Source: Eukaryota sp. TZLM1-RC (Eukaryota > Protista > Metamonada: BaSk clade). From it: 64,000 nt of DNA. The translations under genes and the position numbers were made by a program. Where the stretch lies: the NCBI GenBank assembly GCA_040285825.1, contig JAUPSS010000004.1, forward strand, positions 3,018,550 to 3,082,549. The letters are read 5' to 3'. Below are positions 48,466 to 62,500 of this stretch, in pieces (the stretch's first letter is position 1; each line of letters begins with the position of its first letter). The notes under the pieces were generated by a model, which ran no database searches, was not told the origin of the DNA, and worked only from the letters and a program-made list of their open reading frames with translations.

Positions 48466-51400
48466 AAAAATACAGCTGGTTTTTATTGTTTTCCCATTTT
48501 CGATAAATGGAAGATTATCAGTTGAAGCAGAAACTTTTTTTGGATGACTTCCAAAAAAATGGTGCAAGAAAAAAACAATGAAAAGATTTGATATTTTTTT
48601 ATGGCGTTCACGGATTCAATTTGCCATTATTAATAGATTACCTCGGTTTTTCAATCGAATTAGAGAAGCTTTAGCTAGACAGCAAGCAGATCAAGATTTT
48701 GTAGAGGAAATCTTGGTTCAATGATAGTCGTCCCATTAGTTATGAGTTAATTCAATTAAGTGTGCAAATTCAATAAATACATTAATATAATAATAAAAAA
48801 TTGATCCTTGTAATGCCTCAAATGAAAGGCTTGTTAATTCTGAAATTCATAATCCTCTTTCAAATGCTGAAAATTTCAAAATCAAAAAATACAATGAACC
48901 TTTGTCCAAATTGTCCAGTCAACAGCATACAAAATACAATTTGTATCCATTTGTATTTTCTCTTTTGGTTCACTTGCTCCAACGGCTATACGTTTTTTGG
49001 CAGATTTTGAAATGATTGTAAAGAGAAGAACTAACAGAAATTTCAACAGATTGTTTTGGCAAAATAGAATTGTGTTTTCTGTTTTTAAGGGGATGTTGAA
49101 GATGGTTTCTGATGCTTTGCTTTCTCTTGGATCTCACTATGAGAGAGTTGCATCTGGTGTTTTTGTTTTGGGAGAGATGGATTATTTAGATGTTGATTTA
49201 TAGGTTTTAATAAAAAAATAAATAAAATAATACAGCTGGTTTTTATTGCTTTCCCATTTTCGATAAATGGAAGATTATCAGTTGAAGCAGAAACTTTTTT
49301 GGATGACTTCCAAAAAATGGTGCAAGAAAAAACAATGAAAAGATTTGATATTTTTTTATGGCGTTCACGGATTCAATTTGCCATTATTAATAGATTACCT
49401 CGGTTTTTCAATCGAATTAGAGAAGCTTTAGCTAGACAGCAAGCAGATCAAGATTTTGTAGAGGAAATCTTGGTTCAATGATAGTCGTCCCATTAGTTAT
49501 GAGTTAATTCAATTAAGTGTGCAAATTCAATAAATACATTAATATAATAATAAAAAATTGATCTTTGCAATGCTTCAAATGAAAGGGTTGATAATTCTGA
49601 AATTCATAATCCTCTTTCAAATGCTGAAAATTTCAAAATCAAAAAATACAATGAACCTTTGTCCAAATTGCCCAGTCAACAGCATACAAAATACAATTTG
49701 TATCCATTTGTATTTTCTCTTTTTGGTTCACTTGCTCCAACGGCTATACGTTTTTTTGACAGATTTTGAAATGATTGTAAAGAGAAGAACTAACAGAAAT
49801 TTCAACAGATTGTTTTGGCAAAATAGAATTGTGTTTTCTGTTTTTAAGGGGATGTTGAAGATGGTTTCTGATGCTTTGCTTTCTCTTGGATCTCACTATG
49901 AGAGAGTTGCATCTAGTGTTTTTGTTTTGGGAGAGATGGATTATTTAGATGTTGATTTATAGGTTTTAATAAAAAAATAAATAAAATAATACAGCTGGTT
50001 TTTATTGCTTTCCCATTTTCGATAAATGGAAGATTATCAGTTGAAGCAGAAACTTTTTTGGATGACTTCCAAAAAATGGTGAAAGAAAAAACAATGAAAA
50101 GATTTGATATTTTTTTATGGCGTTCACGGATTCAATTTGCCATTATTAATAGATTACCTCGGTTTTTCAATCGAATTAGAGAAGCTTTAGCTAGACAGCA
50201 AGCAGATCAAGATTTTGTAGAGGAAATCTTGGTTCAATGATAGTCGTCCCATTAGTTATGAGTTAATTCAATTAAGTGTGCAAATTCAATAAATACATTA
50301 ATATAATAATAAAAAATTGATCTTTGCAATGCTTCAAATGAAAGGGTTGATAATTCTGAAATTCATAATCCTCTTTCAAATGCTGAAAATTTCAAAATCA
50401 AAAAATACAATGAACCTTTGTCCAAATTGCCCAGTCAACAGCATACGAAATACAATTTGTATCCATTTGTTTTTTCTCTTTTTGGTTCACTTGCTCCAAC
50501 GGCTATATGTTTTTTGACAGATTTTGAAATGATTGTAAAGAGAAGAACTAACAGAAATTTCAACAGATTGTTTTGGCAAAATATAATTGTGTTTTCTGTT
50601 TTTAAGGGGATGTTGAAGACGGTTTCTGATGCTTTGCTTTCTCTTGGATCTCACTATAAGAGAGTTGCATCTGGCGTTTTTGTTTTGGGAGAGATGGATT
50701 AATTAGATGTTGTTTTATAGGTTTTAATAAAAAAAATAAATAAAATAATACAGCTGGTTTTTATTGTTTTCCCATTTTCGATAAATGGAAGATTATCAGT
50801 TGAAGCAGAAACTTTTTTGGATGACTTCCAAAAAATGGTGCAAGAAAAAACAATGAAAAGATTTGATATTTTTTTATGGCGTTCACGGATTCAATTTGCC
50901 ATTATTAATAGATTACCTCGGTTTTTCAATCGAATTAGAGAAGCTTTAGCTAGACAGCAAGCAGATCAAGATTTTGTAGAGGAAATCTTGGTTCAATGAT
51001 AGTCGTCCCATTAGTTATGAGTTAATTCAATTAAGTGTGCAAATTCAATAAATACATTAATATAATAATAAAAAATTGATCTTTGCAATGCTTCAAATGA
51101 AAGGGTTGATAATTCTGAAATTCATAATCCTCTTTCAAATGCTGAAAATTTCAAAATCAAAAAATACAATGAACCTTTGTCCAAATTGTCCAGTCAACAG
51201 CATGCAAAATACAATTTGTATCCATTTGTATTTTCTCTTTTTGGTTCACTTGCTCCAACGGCTATACGTTTTTTGGCAGATTTTGAAATGATTGTAAAGA
51301 GAAGAACTAACAGAAATTTCAACAGATTGTTTTGGCAAAATATAATTGTGTTTTCTGTTTTTAAGGGGATGTTGAAGACGGTTTCTGATGCTTTGCTTTC

Positions 51401-52255
51401 TCTTGGATCTCACTATAAGAGAGTTGCATCTGGCGTTTTTGTTTTGGGAGAGATGGATTAATTAGATGTTGTTTTATAGGTTTTAATAAAAAAAATAAAT
51501 AAAATAATACAGCTGGTTTTTATTGTTTTCCCATTTTCGATAAATGGAAGATTATCAGTTGAAGCAGAAACTTTTTTGGATGACTTCCAAAAAATGGTGA
51601 AAGAAAAAACAATGAAAAGATTTGATATTTTTTTATGGCGTTCACGGATTCAATTTGCCATTATTAATAGATTACCTCGGTTTTTCAATCGAATTAGAGA
51701 AGCTTTAGCTAGACAGCAAGCAGATCAAGATTTTGTAGAGGAAATCTTGGTTCAATGATAGTCGTCCCATTAGTTATGAGTTAATTCAATTAAGTGTGCA
51801 AATTCAATAAATACATTAATATAATAATAAAAAAATTGATCTTTGCAATGCTTCAAATGAAAGGGTTGATAATTCTGAAATTCATAATCCTCTTTCAAAT
51901 GCTGAAAATTTCAAAATCAAAAATACAATGAACCTTTGTCCAAATTGCCCAGTCAACAGCATACGAAATACAATTTGTATCCATTTGTTTTTTCTCTTTT
52001 TGGTTCACTTGCTCCAACGGCTATATGTTTTTTGACAGATTTTGAAATGATTGTAAAGAGAAGAACTAACAGAAATTTCAACAGATTGTTTTGGCAAAAT
52101 ATAATTGTGTTTTCTGTTTTTAAGGGGATGTTGAAGACGGTTTCTGATGCTTTGCTTTCTCTTGGATCTCACTATAAGAGAGTTGCATCTGGCGTTTTTG
52201 TTTTGGGAGAGATGGATTAATTAGATGTTGTTTTATAGGTTTTAATAAAAAAAAT
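48039..52255 (+). repeat. Tandem array of ~5.5 x ~759-bp units, each a family A 3' end plus a family F 3' end
   Basis: Unit starts (TTGATC) at 48039, 48801, 49558, 50317, 51076 and 51836. Confidence 0.95.
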
Positions 52256-52484
52256 ATTACAAAAAAATGCAACTGGACATTCAAATCATTTTCGTACAAA
52301 ACATCGTGATTTGGTTGGAAGTCCAAATTATTTTAATAAAAGGAGATTATAATTCAATTCAAATGCATGCTTTATAAGATGCAATAGTTCAGCCTAGGAA
52401 GATCAAGCTCATGATTATGCCACGTGAGTAGTGCGAGAAGAATTTATCAATTGACGAATCAATTCAATTCAGTCATTACTATCA

Positions 52485-54842
52485 ATGCTTAATGTCTTCC
52501 ATCCTACATGGCTTGTAGGTACCTTTACCTACGCTTCCATGGACCTTTCTCCTCTTGGAGACTATTTCGCTCTTGGATGTCACACTCACATCCTCATTGG
52601 CATCATCAATGATTTGAAAAAGGATATCCCAACACCTAAAGAATCTACACCATCTACTAGTCTCATCACCACCACACGTGTGCTCTTTCCTCAAAACGGT
52701 GTTTGTCAGCAAAACCTACACTATGAAGTTAATAAGGTGCGATTCTCCCCAAATGGTCAAACCATTGCTCTTGCCTTGGAAGGTGGAATCCGCACAATGT
52801 CTCGTTCATCTACTGGTTTTCATCGCCCCGAACCCCTACCTAATGGAAGTGCTTCCCAAATTCCCAATTTCTCTGACCTTTCGTGGAATAGTTCATCTAC
52901 CAGAGTAGCAGGTATTGCATTTGATGGTTCAGTGAGTATTTGGAATGTTGAATCAAAATCGTTAATAGCTTCGTGTTCAGTATTCGATACTCCTGCAAAG
53001 TCTGTAAGTTTTCATCCAAGTGAGCTTTACTTGTCAGTTCAATCAGACGAAGCCGGACTTTCCAAAATTTTGGACCTAACAGGTGTCAATGAGCTGTCGG
53101 TCGTTGAAAATCTTCCTATTAAGAGCGAGTTGAAAATACCGTTTCACATTGATGGTGAATTTAAATCAAATGCTGTTGAATCTCTAACTCACGGATTTTC
53201 ACCTGATGGCAAGTACCTTCTCTATGGCAATGCCTACAAGGGAGCATTTGCCATGGTTCTGGTCCACCTCACTAACCCTAACCCTAACCCTGAGGTTGAC
53301 TGGGATGATGACACTAGGGTGAAGTTGTGGTATGGAGTGACTGCACCAGTTACTTGTATTGTTTGGTCTCCCGTCCTCTATGACTTTGACGATGCTAAAG
53401 GTGTTGCTGTCTTCGCATGTGCCACCAAGTATACTGAAGTAATGATTTGTAGAGCTGATCAACCAACCCCGCTATTGAAGATTGAGAAATTAACTTATGT
53501 CTGTGATATGAGCTGGACGGTGGATGGAATGGGATTAAGTTTCTGTTCGGCAGTTGGTCACGTGGGGTTGATTACGTTTGATTGTCTTGATTTTTGGCCT
53601 AGTCCACGTAATCACGGTCGTAATTTAATTGATTGTGAGCGACTGCCTGTCATTACGACCCAATCAAATGTAAGATCGGGGAAAAGATTGTCTAGTTCAA
53701 ATAACGTTGGTAATACTGAGATTCAAATTAAATCAAAAAGGAATCGAAAGGTTTCTCTCACAACAGAAACTGGAACTACTTATTCATCAACTAGTCCTAA
53801 TCATAACCCTAACCCCAAGCCCAACCAGGGGTCCTCAATTAGAATGGTCACTAGGTCTGAATCTCGGTTATCTGCACCCTCCACTAGTGCAGTCTTGGTT
53901 TCCGAAAATGGTGATCTATTAATAGAAGCAAGTGTTTTTAGTTCACAATATAGTTTATTGAAATGCAATTTAAAATCACAAAAATCCTGTGTGTGGAAGT
54001 ATTTAGTTCCCTCAGCTCCCCAATTGTTAAAGAGCTCATCCAATCATATCGCATTAGCTACAGTCGATGGTTGCATTTCCTTTTTCTCAATGAAAGGGCT
54101 TCGCTTACCTCTACCCAGCATTCAGACAAGCGGGGTTTGTTATTTGAATATCAATCAAACTCAAGTTTTTATTGTTTCAATTGACATGTATCTCTTAGTT
54201 TTTGATTTACAAAATTCAAGAGTGGATTCTAGAATTAATATATCATGCTTACTTAGTACAAGGCAATCAGTTTCCGTTGTTGACGTAATCACAGTCAATC
54301 AATCAATTTACGTGACGTTATCTTCGTTTGAATCATTTATGTATAACAAAAATTTAAATTATTGGTCTCGAATAGCGGATGGGTTGCACGTGTTTTCATC
54401 TCTATCAACTGCCATCCCATTATCAACAGCTCAAAAATGCAAGACCTTGGCTGACTTACGGTCAAAATGCGCCCAATCCAAGACTGGAACCAATAATTCC
54501 CCAGAAGTTGAACTACTTGATTCATTGGATTTTGCTTCTTCCCAGCTGTCTAGTTCTCTCTTGTGCTCCAATGGCGAGGAAGTTTGTTTTTGGGCTACTC
54601 ATTTGTGCAAATCTTTAGCTTTATTAAATGATCATTCTCGATTAGGCGGCTTTTTTGATGAGTTGATGAATGATACACCCTTGAACAGAGCTTTTTTAGG
54701 CAAAGCAGGAATATCTATTACTGATTTTGTTAGAGATACCATTAGTTTATTGAGAATGGAATGTACATTAGGCGTTGAGATTTCTGAACTTTTGAAACAA
54801 CTTGAAAACGAACTTGGTGAGATAAATTTACAAATATCTTAA
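52485..54842 (+). CDS. HIRA: HIRA/Hir1-like WD40 histone H3.3 chaperone (785 aa)
   Basis: N-terminus FHPTWL..ASMDLSPLGDYFALG resembles HIRA (KPTWV..SVDIHPDG.KFATG); WD repeats (VRFSPNG, DLSWN..DGSVSIWN, SPDGKYL, DMSWTVDG); basic B-domain-like linker; C-terminal Hira-domain motifs WSRIAD and SSLL.S..E..FW. Confidence 0.85.
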   Translation: MLNVFHPTWLVGTFTYASMDLSPLGDYFALGCHTHILIGIINDLKKDIPTPKESTPSTSLITTTRVLFPQNGVCQQNLHYEVNKVRFSPNGQTIALALEGGIRTMSRSSTGFHRPEPLPNGSASQIPNFSDLSWNSSSTRVAGIAFDGSVSIWNVESKSLIASCSVFDTPAKSVSFHPSELYLSVQSDEAGLSKILDLTGVNELSVVENLPIKSELKIPFHIDGEFKSNAVESLTHGFSPDGKYLLYGNAYKGAFAMVLVHLTNPNPNPEVDWDDDTRVKLWYGVTAPVTCIVWSPVLYDFDDAKGVAVFACATKYTEVMICRADQPTPLLKIEKLTYVCDMSWTVDGMGLSFCSAVGHVGLITFDCLDFWPSPRNHGRNLIDCERLPVITTQSNVRSGKRLSSSNNVGNTEIQIKSKRNRKVSLTTETGTTYSSTSPNHNPNPKPNQGSSIRMVTRSESRLSAPSTSAVLVSENGDLLIEASVFSSQYSLLKCNLKSQKSCVWKYLVPSAPQLLKSSSNHIALATVDGCISFFSMKGLRLPLPSIQTSGVCYLNINQTQVFIVSIDMYLLVFDLQNSRVDSRINISCLLSTRQSVSVVDVITVNQSIYVTLSSFESFMYNKNLNYWSRIADGLHVFSSLSTAIPLSTAQKCKTLADLRSKCAQSKTGTNNSPEVELLDSLDFASSQLSSSLLCSNGEEVCFWATHLCKSLALLNDHSRLGGFFDELMNDTPLNRAFLGKAGISITDFVRDTISLLRMECTLGVEISELLKQLENELGEINLQIS

Positions 54843-55069
54843 TTTTTGTTCTTTTTTGTTTTAATATTTTTGGTCAATTTGAGAGCTTTATGTCAAATTA
54901 AGTTTAACTATCAGTAAAGTTTTAAGAATTATCTATTTAATTAATCTGACGGTAGTAAAATTTAGTAAATTAGAATAAAAAACAATTTATTTACCTTGCA
55001 AAATCTCAACAAAATACAAATACAAGAATTAGATGTTTTTTTCTTCGATATGTCAGTTTCTTCTCCGTT

Positions 55070-57720
55070 TTCGTTTATGTTCGTCTTGGCTCGGTCAAAA
55101 GAGATAATCCCGCTTTCGCAAATTGTTTGTTAAATGCCCAAAACAGTTCCTCTTCGTGTTTAATTACCCAGATTCCTCAAATTTATGGTCTTCTTTTAGA
55201 TGATACCACATTTTCTTCTACAATGCGCCTTCGTTGTTTTATTTGGCCTGATAACGTGCCCCATAATTTGATTTGTAAATGTGGATTAAGAATTTCTTCA
55301 AATCATCTGTTTAACTGTAAACATTTGATTACTTTCCGATCAAAAGTTCATGATGCAGTAAGAGAACAACTTTATTGTATGTCAAAGTCACACAGAATTG
55401 TTTCCTATTTCGAACCTTTACTCTCTCGCTTGGTTGATGAAGATACTTTGAATTCTTTTGGTCGTAACAGAGGTGATTTAATGCTTGAAGGACTTGATGG
55501 GACCACTATCATTACTGATGTGAGATCAATTGATGTGTGTAATAATTCTTTCATACCATCAGCTCAGTCAAAATACAGGAATCCGCTGTATGTTACTCAA
55601 AATTCTAAAAAAATTTCCATATATTTTTATTTATTCCAGCAAAAACAAATTATACGACAAGGTTAAAATTATATGTCTTCATAACCCAAATCAGCCAAGA
55701 AGAATTGACTGGAGGTTCTTCTTTCATCAACGCGTCCAAGAGATAACAAAGCTGAAGATAATAAGGGAACAACACCTTTGAAAATTGAAAATACAATTCT
55801 GTTTTGCCAAAAATTCTTGTCAAAAACTCTTCCAAGACGTTGTTTCACAATTTCAACAAAATCATCCAGAAAAGATAAAGCAAGAGATCCAAGCGTTCCA
55901 TGAAGGGAAACTGCAAATGGACAGAGGACATAATGAGTATGCGATTCTACATTCAAGGATAACAATTTTGCTTTATATTTGTCAATTTTGGCTTTTTCGG
56001 AAACAGTTAAGGGGTCCCTATATTTTGATTGAGCCATTGGAATAAAAGAATCATTACAGACATCAGTGGATCTCACATCTGTAATAATGGTAGTACCAAG
56101 ACCTTCAAGCATTAAATCACCTCTATTTCGACCAAACGAATTCACAGTATCTTCATCAACCAAACGGGAAAGTAGTGGTTCTAAATAGGAAACAATTCTA
56201 TGTGATTTTGATATACAATAAAGTTGATCTCTTACCGCATCATGAACTTTTGATCGGAAAGTAATAAAATGTTTACAATTGAATAAATGATTTGGAGAAA
56301 TTTTTGATCCGCATTTACAAATCAAATTATAGGGCACGTTATCAGGCCAAATAAGACAACGAAGGCGCATTGTACAAGAAAATTCCGTATCATTTAAAAG
56401 AAGACCATAAATTTGAGGAATCTGAGTAATTAAACACAAAGAGGAACTGTTTTGGACATCTAAAAAAAATTGCGAAAGCGGGATTATCTTTTTTAGCCGA
56501 GCCAAGACGAACATTAAAATCAAAGCCTTCAAAAATTATGGTTAACTTTTGTTGCAATTTTTTAACGCAATACCTCAAATTAACTAGTGTTCTAGATGGT
56601 ATTTTTTGCACATTGTCGGGAAAACAATTACTCCAAATTCCAGAGGGCAAACAATCAAGAGCATTTTGTAGGTCTCTAAGAAAATTAATGCTTGTAAAAT
56701 TCAATCAATCATCATCATTGGGAAAACGGTTGCAAAATTCAAAAACAAAATTTTTCCCTCCACCAAGAAAAGCAGCCTGACAGAGAATAGACGATTAAGT
56801 GAAATTAATTCCACCAAAATTTGATGATGAAAATACATGACTTCGAATTAGTTCAGGATTGACATCAATCAAAGATGCAAAAAATTTTGTTCTCAAATAG
56901 TTAAAATAGCGGCAAAACTCACGTGAAATATCAGGAGATGTTGTTCTTCAAATGTGAGTAATTTTACCGGAGTAGCAAATTTTTAAGATAAAAAACTTAA
57001 TCTGTTTCTCAATTTCAAATCACGAAATTGTGTCAAGTTCAAAAACCGAATTTCATTAAAAGATTATTCAATTCTTCAGTAATCTTTGGAACATTTCCAA
57101 GCCAGCATCCTAGGAAACGAAATGCATCTGAGGAATAGTTAAGAAAAGGAATTTCAACACCATCAATGGTTAATCTATGTTTTACATTTCCTATGAGGAG
57201 ACATTTGTCGGCATTAAGCAAAAGACTAATAGCTCTGTAATACAGTGAGGCTTCAGAAGCAATTTCATTTAAAACATTCTTGGGCCATTACTCTTTTGTT
57301 TAGCAATTCACCAGTCTTTGATTCATTTCAGTAATCGTTATCCGCTGTTGAAAATAGTAGGATACATGGATGATATCTCAATTATTGGTCCATTAAATGT
57401 TTTAAATGAAATTCTAAAATTGATAAATATAAAGCAAAGTTGCTCTTCTTGAATGCTGAATCCCACACTCAATATGTCCTTTGTACATTTGCTTTTTCCC
57501 TACATGGTACGCATGGGCCACTTGCGTTATCTTCCTTGGATGTTTTTGTTGAAATTGTGAAAAAACGTACAAAAGGAATTTTTGACAAAACGTTTTGGCA
57601 GAACAGAATTGTATTTTCAATTTTTGAAGGTGTTCTCCCCTTATTGCCTTCTAATTTTTTATCTCTTGGTCGTTTTCCTGAACGAAAAACTTTCAGTCAA
57701 TTCTTTTTTGCTGATTTTTA
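55070..57720. mobile_element. Family G fragments: + 55070-55605, - 55650-57290, + 57290-57720
   Basis: ORF 55127-55666 and ORF 55669-56532 (CKC..HLFNC, HDAVRD, RGD; the latter ends LGYEDI*); YMDD piece near 57362. Confidence 0.85.
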
Positions 57721-57729
57721 ATAAAATTA

Positions 57730-59000
57730 AATATTTTTTGAACATGCATACTTAATTAAATTAATCCATAACTAATGAAAACGAATATCATTGAGCCAAG
57801 ATTTCTTCTACAAAATGTTGATCTGCTTGCTGTCTAGCTAAAGCTTCTTTTATTCGATTGAAAAACCGAGGTAATCTATTAATAATGGCAAATTGAATCC
57901 GAGAACGCCATAAAAAAATATCAAATCTTTTCATTGTTTTTACTTGAACCATTTTTTTAAAGTCATTCATGAAAGTTTCTATTTCAATTGATAATCTTCC
58001 GTTTATCGAAAATGGGAAAGAAATAAAACTAGTTGTGTATTTCCACCAGCATTAGCTTCTTCAATAGCTTTATCATATTTTCTATGTTTTTCTTTTGCTT
58101 TAAAATCAAGAGCATTCACAGGATTAAGTTTTCTTCTGTGAACCAAAGTAGCATTTGCAACATTACATGAGACAAAGTCAACAACAGCTTCAGAGTTATC
58201 AATCCAATAACAGTATACATCACCTCTATCATCAGAGCCAAAATTATCCAGAGAAGGTGTTTCCTTCAGCAGAGGCTCTTTGATACACGATATTCTTGCA
58301 GTTTGTGCCATATTGAAAACAGTGTCTCTAACAGCATCATGTAATGAAGAACGATAAGTTATCAATTTAGAACAATTCAATTAGAAAATGGCGCAAAGTG
58401 AGTTGAGGTGAATTCGAACAAATACATTTTTCTTTTGATAATAATTTATTAATGGGGATATTCAAATATGATCTCATTTTTGTTACAAATGCTTCATTAG
58501 TGACACACAATCCAAATCTTCGTGGTACAATGGTTACAAAAAGTGAAGAATCTCATGACTCATTTTCACAAACAAGAAGGCCGTAAATGTTGAGAATTTG
58601 GGAGATTAGGCAACATGAGCAACTGTCTTCAAGATCAATCAAAAAGTTTGCAAAAACGGGATTTTTTTCTTTAGCCAAGCTAAGACGTACATTATAATCC
58701 AGGTTTTCTGAAAATTTTAAAATTTCTTTCTGCAATTTTGCAAAAGTCAGTGGTAAGGAGAGCAAGTTTCTTGAGGGAAATTCCACAAGATCAGAAAGAA
58801 AACATTTTGACCATATATTTGGTGAAAGAGTTTCAATTTCCTGTTGCAAAGAAATAAGAAAAGAGCTGCCACAGTTTTTAATGAGATCAATTTTTTCTGG
58901 AAAGCGCTTCATAAATTCAAAAATAAAATTTTTACTTCCTCCAATGAAGGCAGCTTTACAAAGGTAGCTTGATTTATGAAAATCAACACCACCAAAATAT
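57730..59000 (-). mobile_element. Family F 3' half (57730-58555) and a family I fragment (58553-59000)
   Basis: ORFs 57788-57970, 58003-58380 and 58553-59077. Confidence 0.85.
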
Positions 59001-59506
59001 TTTTTTTCTAATATTTTTTTTGAAACGCAAACAAAACAACAGAAAGCCAAACTCAAATTACAGGAGCTAATTGCCATTTATTTTGTTCCCAAAAATTACA
59101 AAAAATAGCGCTCCCAAATAATAGTGTTAATGATTCACAATAGAATCTAGCTTTCTACTTTGATGCATACTCTGCTAGTATAATTTTTCTGTCGAATGTT
59201 CATGTTCAAACTTTTGATTAACTTGAATTTCATTCGTTTTATGTATAAACTTCTTATACGCACTAATTTATTTCGGAAATATAAATAGATTTTACGCAGG
59301 TAATCAATTTATTTTCCTGATCACTGTTTCATTCTCAATAGATTTACTACCAAAATAGGGAAAAACATCAAATTTTTTACCTTACAAATAAATAATGAAA
59401 TAGTTTTTATTTTGGTTGAATTCATAAATTTTTCCAAAAAAAATAGTGGGTGCACATTTGATTTCCTGACCTGGAAGAACAAAATTGTGTTTTCGCTATT
59501 TAAAGG

Positions 59507-62500
59507 TTTTTTTTTCTTCCTTCCTCTACATATAACCGTTTAACTTAAAACCTGCCTGAACCGCGATCATTGCTTCTATTCTTTCTTGTTGATGCCTGAA
59601 TCAGTTTCTGATTCTAATGGAGTCAAAAGAAAGAACGATAGACAACAAGATGCTCAATACGTCCTTTCCATTTCTCCTCCACAACCTCTTCTCTCTTCAT
59701 TTTTGGACAAAAAAAATTCTGATCAAGAATTGTTAGAAAATCACGATGAAAACAAAGTTTGTTCAAAAACAAAGCCACGCTCCTACAGATGCTCAAAGTG
59801 TCAACAACAAGGACATAATGCTCGAACATGCCCCAATGTTGGAAAAAATGATGTGGCAAATTCTGAAACAAAATGTAAAAGAAAATTTATTAGAAGACAA
59901 GAGTCTAAGGTAGAACCCATAAATGATGCTCCACAAGTTGTTGCAAAACCAGTTAGCAATCGATTGAAGCACAAAACTTGCAACAATTGTGGTATTTCTT
60001 TTAGAAACAATGCAAAAGGAAAAACTTCTGATCGATGCTTGAAATGCCGCATAGTTGATAACTACCATCCTCCCATAAGAATACCTCAAGAAATTCATCC
60101 GACCAAATGCAATGAATTTGCTTTCGTTTTTCAAAGATTTTTGGATCAATTATGTAAAAGAAAGTATGCTATCAATATTATTTGGGAATTTTTTGGTTCT
60201 TTTTGTCCTCCTTTTGAACAAAATTTCGTAAATAATGCCGAAGATTTAACTAATATAGCACCGAGAAATCAGTCATCCGAGAAATTAAGTAAAATTTTTG
60301 AAGACAAATGCTTTGACAACAAATGGTCCAAGGCTTTGTCAGCTTTAAGTCCCGGAGTTAAAGCACCTAACAATGAAAATACAATAGATAAACTAAAAAT
60401 ACTTCATCCTTATGAAGACCCTATAATGGATCAAAAATTTTACGGCACATACTGGGAAAATTATCCATTGATGCCAGCAGAAGTTTTTTCGGTGATCAAA
60501 AAGAGACCACGCGGTAAGTCTGCCGGACTTTCTGGTATTACTATTGATCATGTAAAAGCCGCAATTATTTCTTCAGAGGATTGTCTTGTTTTATTAACCA
60601 AATTTTTCAACAAAATATTGTCTGGTCAACTCAAATACCCAGAAGAATTAAGAAGTTCTCGTTTGACTGCACTTGTCAAAAATTCAAAAATGGATGTTCG
60701 TCCTATTGCAGTCTCTGAGAGCTTACACAATATTTTTTCTGCGTGTTGCTTAAGCAGGTTCAATGAGAAAGCAAAACAAATTTTATTACCCTTTCAATAT
60801 GGTATTAATACCACAGATGGAGTCTCTTCAGCGATATTTGCTACTGATGTTTTATTTCACCAAAATGAATCCAATGTTTGTATGTCATTGGATTTTAGTA
60901 ATGCTTTTAATTCACTAAGTCGTGGCAGTATCCATGGTGCTCTATTGCAATATATGCCGGAATTAATACCGTATTTTCAATCAACATATTGCACATATTC
61001 TAATTTACATTTTGGTAATAACATTTTGAGTTCATCAAGTGGTGTAAAGCAAGGAGATCCGTTAGGACCTCTTTTGTTTTGTTTGGCCATTCATCCTATT
61101 TTACTGCAAATTCAAGAGATGTTTCCTTCACTAAAAATGATTGCATATATGGATGATGTTGTGCTTATTGGTGATTTAAATATTGTGAAACAAGCAACTG
61201 TATGTTTTAAAGAATTATTTACCAAAATTGGTCTCCGACTTAATTTACTTAAATGTGTTTTGTTATCGAATTCTCCAGTTTCCACAATAGTTGATGGTAT
61301 TGAAATTCAAGCCAAATTATATTCAATTGATGCTTTTCGTCATTTGGGTTCGTTTTTAGGAAATAATGACGAAATTACCAAAAAATTGTTTGAAAAGTTG
61401 AACTCAATTTCTGACAAAATTGACCGAATGATGAATTTAGATATACAAAAACACATCAAATTTACCATTATAAGACTGTGTTTTAGTTCTAATTTTAATC
61501 ATATACTTCGATCTACAAATCCTCTCGTCACTAGACCTTTGGCTCAGAAGTTTAATGAATTACGTGCAAAAGTTCTGTCTCAATTACTGGGATGTAAAAT
61601 GTTCCAAATTCCAGATCATGCTTACCTTAGTCCACATTATGGCGGTTTAGGGTGGACGAAGGCTTCTATTCTTACCTCGTGTGCTTTTGTTGGAGGATGC
61701 AGAAATGCAATCTTTGAGTTTTCCGAAAGATTTGCAGATTGGGAAGATTTATTGATGGCAACGCAAAGTTCCACTGTTTTTGCATTAAATGAAGAAATTT
61801 CAAAAAATGATGCAGAAAAATGGGGTCGATGCTTTCCCCAATCATCCAATGGCAATATTCCAGAAAAAAATGTTTTAAATTTGAAGTACACTCTTCGAAC
61901 ATTACAGAAACGATTGACTGGAATGTATGAAACAGATCTTTATAATAATATATGCAGCTCGGCTGTTTTAAATCAAGATCTTCACTCATTGTTACTGGAA
62001 AAGGGTGTTTGTGAAAACAAGTCATCAGATTCTTCACTTTTTGTAACCATTGTACCACGAAGATTTGGATTGTGTGCCACTAATGAAGCTTTTGTAACAA
62101 AAATGAGATTGTATTTGAATATCCCCATTAATCAATTATTATCAAAAGAAAAATGTATTTGTTCGAATTCACCTCAACTCACTTTGCGCCATGCTCTGAA
62201 TTGCTCTAAATTGAAAACTTATCGTTCTTCATTACATGATCCTGTTAGAGACACTGTTTTCAATATGGCACAAACTGCAAGAATATCGTGTATCAAAGAG
62301 CCCCTGCTGAAGGAAACACTTTCTCTAAATATTTTTGGTTCTGATGATAGAGGTGATGTATACTGTGATTGGATTGATAATTCTGAAGCTGTTGTTGACT
62401 TTGTCTCATGTAATGTTGCAAATGATACTTTGGTTCACAGAAGGAAACTTAATCATGTGGCTGATCTTGATTTTAAAGCAAAAGAGAAACATAGAAAATA

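Noticed and set aside
53272-53291. (CTAACC)3 telomere-like repeat
   Set aside because: Only about three units, in frame within HIRA and encoding NPNPNP; no telomeric context.
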